Part shown: positions 1 to 9,030 of the stretch, in pieces
How positions within the stretch are numbered: the first letter of the stretch is position 1
Layout of the letters: the number at the start of each line of letters is the position of its first letter
Position numbers and translations under genes: made by a program
Notes under the pieces: model-generated
What the model was told of the DNA's origin: nothing
Databases searched by the model: none
What the model saw: the letters and a program-made list of their open reading frames with translations, nothing else
From: an uncultured virus (IMG/VR IMGVR_UViG_2140918032_000035)
Taxonomy: Duplodnaviria > Heunggongvirae > Uroviricota > Caudoviricetes
Reading direction: 5' to 3' (one strand)
Length of the DNA: 64,000 nucleotides
Virus record (IMG/VR): IMGVR_UViG_2140918032_000035

Positions 1-64
1 GTCTCGGCATTCCTGCTGAACCGCTCTTCCGATCTGTCTGCATAACATTCAGAACGGTTCTACT

Positions 65-319
65 GTGGTTACGCTTCTCTCTGCAGAATCGACTTACTAT
101 ACCGATCCGAATTGGACTCAGGCTGCCTGGGGCTGCTATTATTGGGCAAAGAATGTTGAAGTGTGTACCGAGGGTGCCGGAGGCGGAGGTCAATCCGGTT
201 ACGGTTCGTCGCCCGAGGGTAATGAGACCAAACCCCGTATGAGATCTGCTCTCACTTATCTTTGGTATATCGAGCATTCGGATCCCAATTATGTCGAAGT
301 AACATATACAGAAACCTAA
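65..319 (+). CDS. Hypothetical protein (probably C-terminal part of a longer gene)
   Basis: 84-aa ORF ending just before the SD of the sigma gene; upstream in-frame TGA at 17-19, so start is uncertain. Confidence 0.4.
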   Translation: MVTLLSAESTYYTDPNWTQAAWGCYYWAKNVEVCTEGAGGGGQSGYGSSPEGNETKPRMRSALTYLWYIEHSDPNYVEVTYTET

Positions 320-334
320 TTTAAGGAGGAACCC

Positions 335-1453
335 TTGTTTATGGAAATGAAAGATTTAGACCTGAAGAAGTTTATCACTAACGACGGCTTCCTGGACGAA
401 GAAGCATTCGGCTCCTATGTGGTCTCGGAGGGGTTGTCCCCCTCTGAGGCTACCGAGCTGGAGACGGCGATCCTCGACAGCCAGACAGACAAAGCCGTTG
501 CAGCCGATGAAGACGAGGATTACAACATTCCTGCTAATTGGCAGTCCTGGTTCAAAGAGGTTAAAAAGATACCTTTGCTCACCGTAGAACGGGAGCGTGA
601 GTTGGGAGCCATCATCAAGTTCTCCGAGGATCCCGAGAAGATAAGAGAGGCCCGCAATGAACTTGCTGACCATAACATTCGTTTTGTCGTCTCCGTTGCC
701 GGCAAGTTCGCTCACAAGGCTACGGGCTCATACGGATTTGATGATATGGTCCAGGACGGCTCTGTGGGACTTATGAAGGCCGCCGAGAAGTACGATGTCA
801 GCAAGATCAATCCCGATACAGGAGAGCCTTACAGATTCACTACCTACGCTAAACAGTGGATCAGGAGTTATATACAGCGTGGCATACAGGCTGTGGCCCA
901 CAGGGTATCCGTGCCTTCCGGTCTGACCGAGAAGTTCGGCAAGCTGGTCAATGTATCTCATGTCCTTTCTCAGAAGATGGGCAGAGATGCGTCTATGGAT
1001 GAGATCGCAGCTGAATATAACCGTAAGTTCGTTAAGGGCAAGGATAAGCCCCTGGATGCGTCCCAGGTTGCTGAGATCTTCACTCTGATGGCTGATGACA
1101 AGCAGGTCGCTTTGGAACAGAATGTCGGAGATGGCGACGATACCACGGTCGGCGATTTCATCGCTGACACCGGTACCGGAGACACTCATTTTGCCATCGA
1201 AGAAGAGATCGACAAAGGTGTCATCTTTGACGCTCTCCGGGAAGTCATCAGTTCCGATCTGTCCCCGATCGAACAGAAAGTCATAGACGCCCGTTTTGGT
1301 CTGACTGACGGAGCCAAGCAGAAGTTGGAGGTTCTCGGCAGACGCTTTGGCGTAACCGGGACCAGGATAGGCCAGATCGAACAAAAAGCAATCGAAAAAC
1401 TTGTTGCAGGCTTAACGAGGAGAGGACTCGATCCTGAGCATCTTCCTCTTTAA
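335..1453 (+). CDS. RpoD/SigA-like sigma-70 family RNA polymerase sigma factor
   Basis: Region 1.2 (IPLLTVERERELG), region 2 (HNIRFVVSVA, DDMVQDGSVGLMKAAEKYD, RFTTYAKQWIR), region 4 HTH (FGVTGTRIGQIEQKA); SD AAGGAGG. Confidence 0.93.
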   Translation: MFMEMKDLDLKKFITNDGFLDEEAFGSYVVSEGLSPSEATELETAILDSQTDKAVAADEDEDYNIPANWQSWFKEVKKIPLLTVERERELGAIIKFSEDPEKIREARNELADHNIRFVVSVAGKFAHKATGSYGFDDMVQDGSVGLMKAAEKYDVSKINPDTGEPYRFTTYAKQWIRSYIQRGIQAVAHRVSVPSGLTEKFGKLVNVSHVLSQKMGRDASMDEIAAEYNRKFVKGKDKPLDASQVAEIFTLMADDKQVALEQNVGDGDDTTVGDFIADTGTGDTHFAIEEEIDKGVIFDALREVISSDLSPIEQKVIDARFGLTDGAKQKLEVLGRRFGVTGTRIGQIEQKAIEKLVAGLTRRGLDPEHLPL

Positions 1454-1535
1454 TGCTTGTTTTTTGTGTGTTTTTCGGCTATATTATGTATAGAAAGATA
1501 TATTTTAATATAGTTCAAAAGAAAGGAGAATTGTT

Positions 1536-1733
1536 ATGCCCGGAGCTGTTGCAGGGAAACGGATGGGAAGACCAAAGGTAAGAAACTATAAGAAAGTATG
1601 TCTTGGTCTGGATAAAGAGTTGATACGCAAGGTCGAACAGGTTGCCGATCGCTATGGTTGGACACAGACTTATGCGTATGAATACCTGTTGAGACAAGGC
1701 TTGGAAACCGAAGGTCTCGATGTTGATTCTTAA
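1536..1733 (+). CDS. Small ribbon-helix-helix-like DNA-binding protein
   Basis: GRPK motif then strand-helix-helix pattern; SD AAAGGAG; followed by terminator. Confidence 0.6.
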   Translation: MPGAVAGKRMGRPKVRNYKKVCLGLDKELIRKVEQVADRYGWTQTYAYEYLLRQGLETEGLDVDS

Positions 1734-1765
1734 CTGAACCTAATTCCAAACATCCCCTTATACAC

Positions 1766-1800
1766 GGTCGGCTCCTCTCCGGAGGAGTCGGCCCTTTTTT
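1766..1800 (+). terminator. Rho-independent terminator
   Basis: GGTCGGCTCCTC-TCCG-GAGGAGTCGGCC hairpin + T6. Confidence 0.85.
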
Positions 1801-2037
1801 ATTGATAATGTAACAAGTTATGCAATATGCACAACAAACCTTGAGATATTTCAGCATAATAATGTAACACAAAATGCAAAATCCGCTTTGAAAATGTAAC
1901 AGGTTGCGTTATACTTATGTTAGCCTCCTTAAAGAAGAATGACCGCAGGGAAAATCTCCTGCTTCGTGATAATACTCAATATCTCTCTGCGGTCTTTCTC
2001 TTCTTTTCTTTAACACATCAGACGAAAGGAAACGCTT

Positions 2038-2304
2038 ATGTATATCGCAATCATTCACTGTGCAGGATCCTGCAAGGACACTACCGTTGCTTCCTGCGAT
2101 TCTTTTGATTCAGCCCTTCACAGTTTATACAATCATTATGTCCGCGATTTCTACATGGGTGCGGATGTGATGGATGCGGCCGATGAGCTCCTGCTCGTTG
2201 AGGAACCCGAGTTCCGTTCTGAAGCAAGAACGACTAAGGGATTCTCTTTGCCGAGCTGGAACGCTGACGGCACACGATTCTATCGAGTTAGAGAGGTAAC
2301 CTAA
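2038..2304 (+). CDS. Hypothetical protein
   Basis: 88-aa ORF, SD AAAGGA, stop overlaps next start. Confidence 0.65.
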   Translation: MYIAIIHCAGSCKDTTVASCDSFDSALHSLYNHYVRDFYMGADVMDAADELLLVEEPEFRSEARTTKGFSLPSWNADGTRFYRVREVT

Positions 2305-2696
2305 TGTTAATACCGATCCAGGAAATGGCCCAGGGCAGTGCTGACAGTCTTTCCACCTGGCAGCATAAAGCACAGCAGGGCAAGATAAACGGAGTCACTA
2401 TGATAGGTCGCAGGTATTACGCTTTTACCGAACCTGAAGACCTTGAATACCTGTCAGTTGTTGAATACGCATCACTCGTAGGCAGAACGCCAGCAGCGAT
2501 CAGGCGAATGATAGGGCGAAACGGGATACCCGGAGCGATCTATTGCGGCTCACAGTGGGTAATACCGAGAGATGCGGAATATGTCGATCGCAGAGGCAGA
2601 TGGGAAAGACCTCAGCCTGAAGAAGAAGACAGCAGACCGGCAGTACGCACACCTACCATATCCAATCTGAACACTTTATTCAGAGGCAACAGATAA
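2304..2696 (+). CDS. Excisionase/MerR-like helix-turn-helix DNA-binding protein
   Basis: YLSVVEYASLVGRTPAAIRRMIGRNGIPGAIYCGSQWVIP winged-HTH signature, preceded by a degenerate second copy. Confidence 0.7.
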   Translation: MLIPIQEMAQGSADSLSTWQHKAQQGKINGVTMIGRRYYAFTEPEDLEYLSVVEYASLVGRTPAAIRRMIGRNGIPGAIYCGSQWVIPRDAEYVDRRGRWERPQPEEEDSRPAVRTPTISNLNTLFRGNR

Positions 2697-2710
2697 GAAA
2701 GGAACATCAA

Positions 2711-3325
2711 ATGGCTAAGTTATACTTTAAGTACGGTGCGATGGGAGCAGCAAAGTCCGCTCAGGCTTTGGTTACCCGCTACAACTACGAAGAGCGTGGA
2801 ATGAAGGTCTGGTGCATTAAGCCGGCCGTTGACATCCGGGGCAGTAAGGATACCATCTCGTCCAGGATAGGACTTGATGCGGAATGTACTCCGATCGAAG
2901 CATCGGATGACATCGTCGAGATCTACAAGTCGTTCAAGGTTAAGCCGGGCGTGGTCATCGCAGACGAGTCCCAATTCTTTTCACCCGAGCAGATCGACCA
3001 GCTCCGCGAACTCGTTGATATTACTGATACCGCGGTTCTCTGCTTCGGTCTCCGCACTGACTTCAGAACAAAGCTGTTCCCCGGCTCGGCAAGGCTGATG
3101 GAAATAGCAGATTCCATCGAAGAGATCAAGACTATGTGTGCTTGTGGCAGGAAGGCCACGGTCAACGCCCGTATTGACGAAGACGGTAATATAGTTACCG
3201 AGGGCCGTCAGATCGAACTCGGAGGCAACGACCGTTATGAACCTATGTGCCACCGCTGCTATTCCGAGCGTCTTATCACTCCGTCTATGATAGATGTCGC
3301 AAATCTCATTGCTGTTGACGGATAA
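2711..3325 (+). CDS. tdk: Thymidine kinase
   Basis: P-loop GAMGAAKS, DESQF, GLRTDF, Zn ligands CACG...MCHRC. Confidence 0.96.
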   Translation: MAKLYFKYGAMGAAKSAQALVTRYNYEERGMKVWCIKPAVDIRGSKDTISSRIGLDAECTPIEASDDIVEIYKSFKVKPGVVIADESQFFSPEQIDQLRELVDITDTAVLCFGLRTDFRTKLFPGSARLMEIADSIEEIKTMCACGRKATVNARIDEDGNIVTEGRQIELGGNDRYEPMCHRCYSERLITPSMIDVANLIAVDG

Positions 3326-3363
3326 TCCACTTGTCTATCTTAAAAGAAAGGAATATAAATAAC

Positions 3364-3669
3364 ATGAAGAACGCAAACATCTCAGTTACACTTCCGCAGG
3401 CATCACTCGACTATCTCGATTCTGTTTGTGAGAAGAATGACCTCAAGAGAAGCCAGGTCGTAGAGCTTCTCATCACGGCACAGAAGCTCGCAGAGGATAG
3501 GGGCGAGACTCTTCTTCCTATCTACAAGGTGTCTATGCCTGATGTGAACCGCACACTCACACCTGAAGACATCAAGGAGCTTGAGAAGAAGGGCTATACC
3601 GTTGAGCCTTTGGCATTCAGGGTATTTGCCAAGGACAGCACCCACCCTGACGCTCCTCAGGATGTCTGA
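3364..3669 (+). CDS. CopG-type ribbon-helix-helix protein
   Basis: ISVTLPQASLDYLDSVCEKNDLKRSQVVELLI; ATG after SD AAAGGA. Confidence 0.7.
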   Translation: MKNANISVTLPQASLDYLDSVCEKNDLKRSQVVELLITAQKLAEDRGETLLPIYKVSMPDVNRTLTPEDIKELEKKGYTVEPLAFRVFAKDSTHPDAPQDV

Positions 3670-3786
3670 CAAGAACTCTGTGTTCTTACCAACTAAGCTA
3701 AACAGACGCGGGCTGATATGGCTCGTGTCTGTCTCTGCTTTAGCCCTATATAACAATGTTTTGAGAAAGGAGGCAGATAAGAGAAA

Positions 3787-4137
3787 ATGATAACCGAACA
3801 TGATCTTTCCAGAGTTAAGGGCTCGGGCTATTGGCATCAGTGTCAGGCACCGAGTCTTATTCACGCCGGATCTACGACTCTTTTTGAGTTTATGACATCC
3901 GATGGCGAACCGCTTTACCGTATAGAGCCCATTATCTCTAACGGCAGGCAGTTGTTTATTCCCGGCATAGTCGGCGAAGATGGGGATTTTACTTCGATGA
4001 TTAACATTACCGGCAGCGGTCGTGTTATGACCTGTACTACGGAAACTTTCCTTGAGGCCCTCGGTATGTGTGCCGAGCATCTCAAGTCGATATATCAGGA
4101 AACTGTTGAGAACTTTGCAATGAGTATTGTTTACTAA
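3787..4137 (+). CDS. Hypothetical protein
   Basis: 116-aa ORF with SD AAAGGAGG. Confidence 0.6.
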   Translation: MITEHDLSRVKGSGYWHQCQAPSLIHAGSTTLFEFMTSDGEPLYRIEPIISNGRQLFIPGIVGEDGDFTSMINITGSGRVMTCTTETFLEALGMCAEHLKSIYQETVENFAMSIVY

Positions 4138-4149
4138 GGAGACTTATTT

Positions 4150-6522
4150 ATGCCGTTTAGACCGTATTTGGGAGGACCGCCTGTAAAGTGCTGGTTCGAT
4201 CGTGAGACACAGAACAAGATAGACAACGGTGCTATGGTTACTGTCGAGGGCACCGTTATTAAGGAACGCTTCCGTAACGAATCAACGGGAGTGGCCTGCC
4301 TTGTCATTGAATTGAGTAATAACGGAACGGGCAGGATCCCTGTCATCGGAGGTGTCTCGCCTTTGCCTCTCAACACCCGTGTTACTGCGACGGGCATCAT
4401 CGTCAATGATCCGAAGTGGGGCTTGCAGATGCCCAAGGCTCTGATCGAACTTGCCGTGGTCAATTCCCGTGAGGGTGTTGTCCGTTATCTCGTCAGCGAG
4501 GTTCCCGGATTGGGTAACCGCAGAGCAAACCGTCTCTACGATGCTTACGGCGAGGATACGCTGACGGTTCTGGCTGAAGATCCGGAGAGGGTAGCCCGTG
4601 AAGTCCGCGGCATATCTCCTGCGTTGGCTGAGAGCGTAAGCCAGGCTGCCGCTATCCAGACGCATTCTCTGAGCCGTGACATCCTGCTGTTCTGTCTCAA
4701 TCTCGGATTGTCTCATAACAATGCTATGGACATCAGTGCCAAGTATGCAGGCAACTATCGTGCCTTCATTACAGAGAACCCTTATCGTCTGATCGACGAC
4801 ATCCGTGGTATCGGTTTCAGAAAGGCTGACCAGGTCGCCATGGCACTCGGCATTCCTGCTGACAGCAGGTTCCGTGTCGGTGCTGCCATATTGGAGACTC
4901 TCAAGGACAACGAGCAGCCGGGCGGTAACATCTATATCGGTCTGGAGAATCTGATCAACCGCGTTTCTGCTCTGCTTTCCACCGGCTCTACTACAACTCT
5001 CGTTACAAACAGCCGTATTGCTGAAGTTTTGCGTGAGCTGCGTCAGGATGAAAAGGTTTATGTCAAGATGACCGAAGACGGTAATCCTGCCAATGTCCGT
5101 GTATATCTGATGGAGTCCTGGCTGGCCGAGCAGTTTATCGCCAAGAGACTGATGGAGATCGCAGAAAGACCTTTGTCCAACGGCTTTGATGAAAGTACGG
5201 TCAGAAGCCGTCTTAACAGTCTTGAGAGCGAGTTGACGCAGATCGGTTATCCCGAGCTGGATCCGGATCAGAAGAAGGCTGTCGTTACGGCTCTGACTCA
5301 TTCCGTATCCGTCATTACCGGCGGACCGGGCGTAGGTAAGACGACTATCCTGAAGTATGTCTCGGAGTATCTGCAGCGTTATGCTCTGCAGAGCGTCGTT
5401 CTTTGTGCTCCTACGGGTAAGGCTGCCAAGAGAATGTCCGAGCAGGCTGAGATGCCCGCGTACACGATCCACAGATATTTCAAGACTTCCGGTATGGAAA
5501 TACCTTTTCCTGACAACCCTCTCGCGCGAAGAAACGGCACATATATCATCGACGAGTCCTCTATGCTTACAGAGCGTCTTCTGTGCTCTCTGCTGAACCA
5601 TGTCGCTCCCGGTGTCCGTCTTATCCTGGTCGGAGACAAGGATCAGCTGCCGTCGATCGGAGCAGGTCAGGTCTTGAACGACATCATCAACAGCCAGGCG
5701 TTCCCTGTATCGTTCCTTACGAAGATACACCGCCAGGCAGAAGACAGTCATGTCATTACCTGTGCTCATGCGATCAATGACAGGGGCTATGTGGATCTGT
5801 CGAGTCAGTATAAGGATTTCGCTTTCGGCAGGGTTAACCAGGCCAATTCCCAGAACGCTGTCCGCATTCTGTATCAAGCAGCATTGGAGAAGGGCTACAC
5901 ACCTGAAGACATCCAGGTATTGAGCCCGTTCAGAGATAAGGATAAGAGCGAGGTGTCCGCTGATGCCATCAACGAGTTCTTGCAGCCGATCGTCAATCCT
6001 GCAGCCGAGGATAAGCCGGAGTATGTTACGCCTAAGGAGAACCGTGTCTTCAGAGTAGGTGATAAGGTAATGCAGTCGGCTAACGACTATACTATTCAGT
6101 GCTTTGACATCGACAATCCCGAAGAGATGGTCGAAAAGGGCGTGTTCAACGGTGAGACCGGAACCATTACCGACATTTCCGACGAAGAAGGCTGCATCTA
6201 TGTCAATTTCGGCGACCGTCTGGCCGCTTATGATTTCAGCAACCTCTTCGACCTGAAGCTGGCTTATGCTATGTCCATTCACAAGTCGCAGGGCTCTGAG
6301 TATAAGCTCGTCATCCTGCCGGTCACCCGCGGAGCAAGCAGAGACTTCTACACCCGTAACATGCTCTACACCGCTGTTACCCGTGCGTCTAAGTCTGTTA
6401 TCCTGTTAGGCGATCCTGCGTACTTCAGAGATATGGCGAGAAACGCTTCCGCATCGAAGCGTCTGACCTCTCTTGACGAGATGCTCAAGGAACTTGATTT
6501 AGGTCAGGCTTTGAGTATCTGA
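4150..6522 (+). CDS. recD2: RecD2-like SF1B helicase
   Basis: N-terminal OB/HhH region, GGPGVGKTT, APTGKAAKR, IIDESSM, GDKDQLPSIG, AYAMSIHKSQGSE, LYTAVTRA. Confidence 0.93.
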   Translation: MPFRPYLGGPPVKCWFDRETQNKIDNGAMVTVEGTVIKERFRNESTGVACLVIELSNNGTGRIPVIGGVSPLPLNTRVTATGIIVNDPKWGLQMPKALIELAVVNSREGVVRYLVSEVPGLGNRRANRLYDAYGEDTLTVLAEDPERVAREVRGISPALAESVSQAAAIQTHSLSRDILLFCLNLGLSHNNAMDISAKYAGNYRAFITENPYRLIDDIRGIGFRKADQVAMALGIPADSRFRVGAAILETLKDNEQPGGNIYIGLENLINRVSALLSTGSTTTLVTNSRIAEVLRELRQDEKVYVKMTEDGNPANVRVYLMESWLAEQFIAKRLMEIAERPLSNGFDESTVRSRLNSLESELTQIGYPELDPDQKKAVVTALTHSVSVITGGPGVGKTTILKYVSEYLQRYALQSVVLCAPTGKAAKRMSEQAEMPAYTIHRYFKTSGMEIPFPDNPLARRNGTYIIDESSMLTERLLCSLLNHVAPGVRLILVGDKDQLPSIGAGQVLNDIINSQAFPVSFLTKIHRQAEDSHVITCAHAINDRGYVDLSSQYKDFAFGRVNQANSQNAVRILYQAALEKGYTPEDIQVLSPFRDKDKSEVSADAINEFLQPIVNPAAEDKPEYVTPKENRVFRVGDKVMQSANDYTIQCFDIDNPEEMVEKGVFNGETGTITDISDEEGCIYVNFGDRLAAYDFSNLFDLKLAYAMSIHKSQGSEYKLVILPVTRGASRDFYTRNMLYTAVTRASKSVILLGDPAYFRDMARNASASKRLTSLDEMLKELDLGQALSI

Positions 6523-6549
6523 ACTTTTCAGGATATTCTCAAAAACCTC

Positions 6550-6578
6550 TTGCATTTATACGCCCATTGGGCTATAAT
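6550..6578 (+). promoter_or_regulatory. SigmaA promoter with palindromic operator in the spacer
   Basis: TTGCAT-17-TATAAT; spacer contains GCCCATTGGGC. Confidence 0.8.
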
Positions 6579-6604
6579 AATGGTGTGGAAAGGAGATTAT
6601 CCCT

Positions 6605-6784
6605 ATGGCAATGAATGTTAAAAATATCCGCGAGATGTCTGGTCTGAGCCAGGCAGAGTTTTCCCGAAAGTACAGCATACCTCTCCGCACGCTGTCGCAT
6701 TGGGAAAAGGGTGATAGAGAAGCACCGAGTTGGGCGTTACTGCTCCTCGACCGAGTTGTCAGAGAAGATTGCAAGAAGGGTTAA
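6605..6784 (+). CDS. XRE/HipB-like HTH transcriptional regulator (59 aa, not in ORF track)
   Basis: MAMNVKNIREMSGLSQAEFSRKYSIPLRTLSHWEKGDREAP; SD AAAGGAG. Confidence 0.88.
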   Translation: MAMNVKNIREMSGLSQAEFSRKYSIPLRTLSHWEKGDREAPSWALLLLDRVVREDCKKG

Positions 6785-6789
6785 CAGAT

Positions 6790-7731
6790 ATGATGAAGAA
6801 GAATACAGATGATCTCGCATTACTCCAGCAGGGTTATTACACACCCGAGGACGATGTGACAGAGTATGATCCTGAAGAGGCTATGCTCATCGATGTTTTC
6901 GGCGACTATTATCTTGATGGTCGTTACAAGGGCGATGGCATGACCAGAGAGGATCTTCTTGAGGACATCTATTATAACGGTTATGATGAATATGGTAACT
7001 ACATTCCCGATATGTACGCTTACCCTGACAGAGAGAATTGGTTTGACGAAGAAAGCGGCGACCATCTCACATACGGCTGCGGCGGATATGATGTCTATAA
7101 CTGCCTCAGCGACAGTTACGGCTATGGTTACTACGGCGGATACGGTGCCGGTTACGGTTACTGCAGCTCTGCTTACGGTAGCAGCGGCTATATTGATATT
7201 GAGGATTACGAACCGTCTATGGGCAAGGTAGCACCTGCACATTCAATAGCAAAGCCTGTTGACATTAAGGGACAGAGAGGACCGAAGTGTTCTGCTTACG
7301 CGGCTTCCTGCCTCCTCCGTTACTTCGGTACCAAGGTCTATGCCAAGACCTTATATCCCAAGTTCCTGAAGCTCTTTGACGGTTCTGCCATTCCTTCTTC
7401 TGTCGGCAGAGTCATCGGAGCCAAGATCCATACTCACGGCAGGATCTCCGACATCGAGCATCTTATTGATGAGGGTAAGCCTGTTCTCATCCTCGGATAC
7501 TACGACAAGACTCCTGAGTGGGATAACCTGCATTATATGTTGGTTACGGGCTATGATGAGAACAACATTTACCTTGCAGACTCTCTCCATAATACAGGAC
7601 GCAGATACTATAACCGCAAGGTTGACAGAAAGACATTCAAGAAGATGTGGAACACTTCCAAGACTTTCGCAGTCCGCTTTTTCTACGGCAGAAATATCTA
7701 TTACACATATAACGGAGGCGATCAGACATGA
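6790..7731 (+). CDS. C39-like cysteine peptidase with acidic Tyr/Gly-rich N-terminal region
   Basis: Q-x4-C (GQRGPKCSAYA), H (LHYMLVTGYD), D (YLADS); N-terminal half is Y/D/G low complexity. Confidence 0.75.
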   Translation: MMKKNTDDLALLQQGYYTPEDDVTEYDPEEAMLIDVFGDYYLDGRYKGDGMTREDLLEDIYYNGYDEYGNYIPDMYAYPDRENWFDEESGDHLTYGCGGYDVYNCLSDSYGYGYYGGYGAGYGYCSSAYGSSGYIDIEDYEPSMGKVAPAHSIAKPVDIKGQRGPKCSAYAASCLLRYFGTKVYAKTLYPKFLKLFDGSAIPSSVGRVIGAKIHTHGRISDIEHLIDEGKPVLILGYYDKTPEWDNLHYMLVTGYDENNIYLADSLHNTGRRYYNRKVDRKTFKKMWNTSKTFAVRFFYGRNIYYTYNGGDQT

Positions 7732-8624
7732 GCGATATAAACTCTCTCACACAACAGGATTTGAAGAAGTTGGAGATGCTCCGCGAGATGCAGTTACCCT
7801 GCCACGACGACAATAAGAGGTTCACGGATACTGCCAAGCTCGACAAGATACACGAGCTTCTCCATTCTTCATCTTATATGCCGGTCAACGGTAATAATCT
7901 TTACAGTCTTTGGGGAAAGGTCTCGCTCGATCGGCTTACGCCAGAGCAGAGAGAGTCGATGATAGTCATATCCACTCATGTCGATATGGTATCCGAGATA
8001 ACGACACCTTTTGTCGAGTTCTATAAGGACGGTACGATGAAGGGAACTTTCGACAATACCGCTACCAACGCTGCCATTATCTATCAGATGCTTTACGGCT
8101 CTCTGCCGGATAATGTCTTTATCGCATTTACAGGCAATGAGGAGCAGGGTATGGGCGGAGCAAGACAACTTGCCGATGACCTGTCCAAGTTCCTCGATTC
8201 CGAACATACAGGTATGACACCTTTTTACTTTACCCTGGATGTTACCAACATCGGTTTCGGCGAAAAGACTTTCTCCATCGAAAACACCTTTTCCTTACCT
8301 GAGGATTATGTTACAGACTTAGTCCGTTTGGCTAAGGAAACAGGTCAGAAGGGTTATCTCTATCCCAGAGCGTTAGCAGATGAGTCGTATGAATATACGC
8401 GTGTCAGTTACCGTTCAAAGACCAACAACCCTGACATCTACGGCTGTTCTCTCTGTGTGCCCACAAAGGGTGATATGCACTCTAACAAGGGCTGCAAGAT
8501 GATGATGGACGCTTACCTCGGATATACTGACCTGGTCGGATATATCGTCTCTAACTTCCATCGTGATTACGAGATCGAACACGAAGACGACCTGCCTTTC
8601 GAGATAACGGATCTTGGCAGATAA
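7728..8624 (+). CDS. M28/M20-like zinc peptidase
   Basis: STHVD, GTFDN, FTGNEEQGMGGA, TLDVT, MHS metal-binding motifs. Confidence 0.8.
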   Translation: MSDINSLTQQDLKKLEMLREMQLPCHDDNKRFTDTAKLDKIHELLHSSSYMPVNGNNLYSLWGKVSLDRLTPEQRESMIVISTHVDMVSEITTPFVEFYKDGTMKGTFDNTATNAAIIYQMLYGSLPDNVFIAFTGNEEQGMGGARQLADDLSKFLDSEHTGMTPFYFTLDVTNIGFGEKTFSIENTFSLPEDYVTDLVRLAKETGQKGYLYPRALADESYEYTRVSYRSKTNNPDIYGCSLCVPTKGDMHSNKGCKMMMDAYLGYTDLVGYIVSNFHRDYEIEHEDDLPFEITDLGR

Positions 8625-8637
8625 GAGAAAATAACAC

Positions 8638-8666
8638 TTGAAAAGTTACGCCCAATGGGCTATACT
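8638..8666 (+). promoter_or_regulatory. SigmaA promoter with the same palindromic operator as at 6550
   Basis: TTGAAA-17-TATACT; spacer contains GCCCAATGGGC. Confidence 0.8.
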
Positions 8667-8706
8667 TTATGTAAGATAACCCGAGGCATTTAAGGAGGGA
8701 ATTACA

Positions 8707-9027
8707 ATGGTAGATTTGAAGGTCTTTAATTGGTACTGCAACGGTCAGCTGACTGCTGTTGTTACTGCTGATTATACTCACAAGACGGTCGAGGTGAAGA
8801 ACCTTGTAAGCGACAGTTACTATCTGCCGTTTGCACCTGATGTTAAGCCCTCGTTTTCGCAGTGGCAGGCGGTTCTGAAGAGTCATTGCCCTTCCAAGAA
8901 TAATGCGTTCATAGATCAGTTCCTTGAGAGCATCGGTTTAGACCATTATGATGTTTTGGATATAATCAAGAAGACTAATGGCAAGGCTTATCACAGCCCT
9001 TGCACGATCGAGCTGATGGAGGGCTGA
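8707..9027 (+). CDS. HipA N-terminal/HipS-like partner of the downstream kinase
   Basis: LKSHCPS...LESIGLDHYDVLDIIKKTNG pattern typical of small genes upstream of HipA-like kinases. Confidence 0.6.
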   Translation: MVDLKVFNWYCNGQLTAVVTADYTHKTVEVKNLVSDSYYLPFAPDVKPSFSQWQAVLKSHCPSKNNAFIDQFLESIGLDHYDVLDIIKKTNGKAYHSPCTIELMEG

Positions 9028-9030
9028 TAT

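Noticed and set aside
1..64. Possible frameshift or readthrough upstream of ORF 65-319
   Set aside because: An in-frame TGA at 17-19 could reflect a 1-nt indel, but the window edge gives too little context to judge.
4282..6282. 666-aa minus-strand ORF (likewise 54118-55911, 30690-32081, 10482-11459)
   Set aside because: Antisense shadows of well-supported genes (recD2, UvrD fusion, topB, methyltransferase), caused by codon bias.
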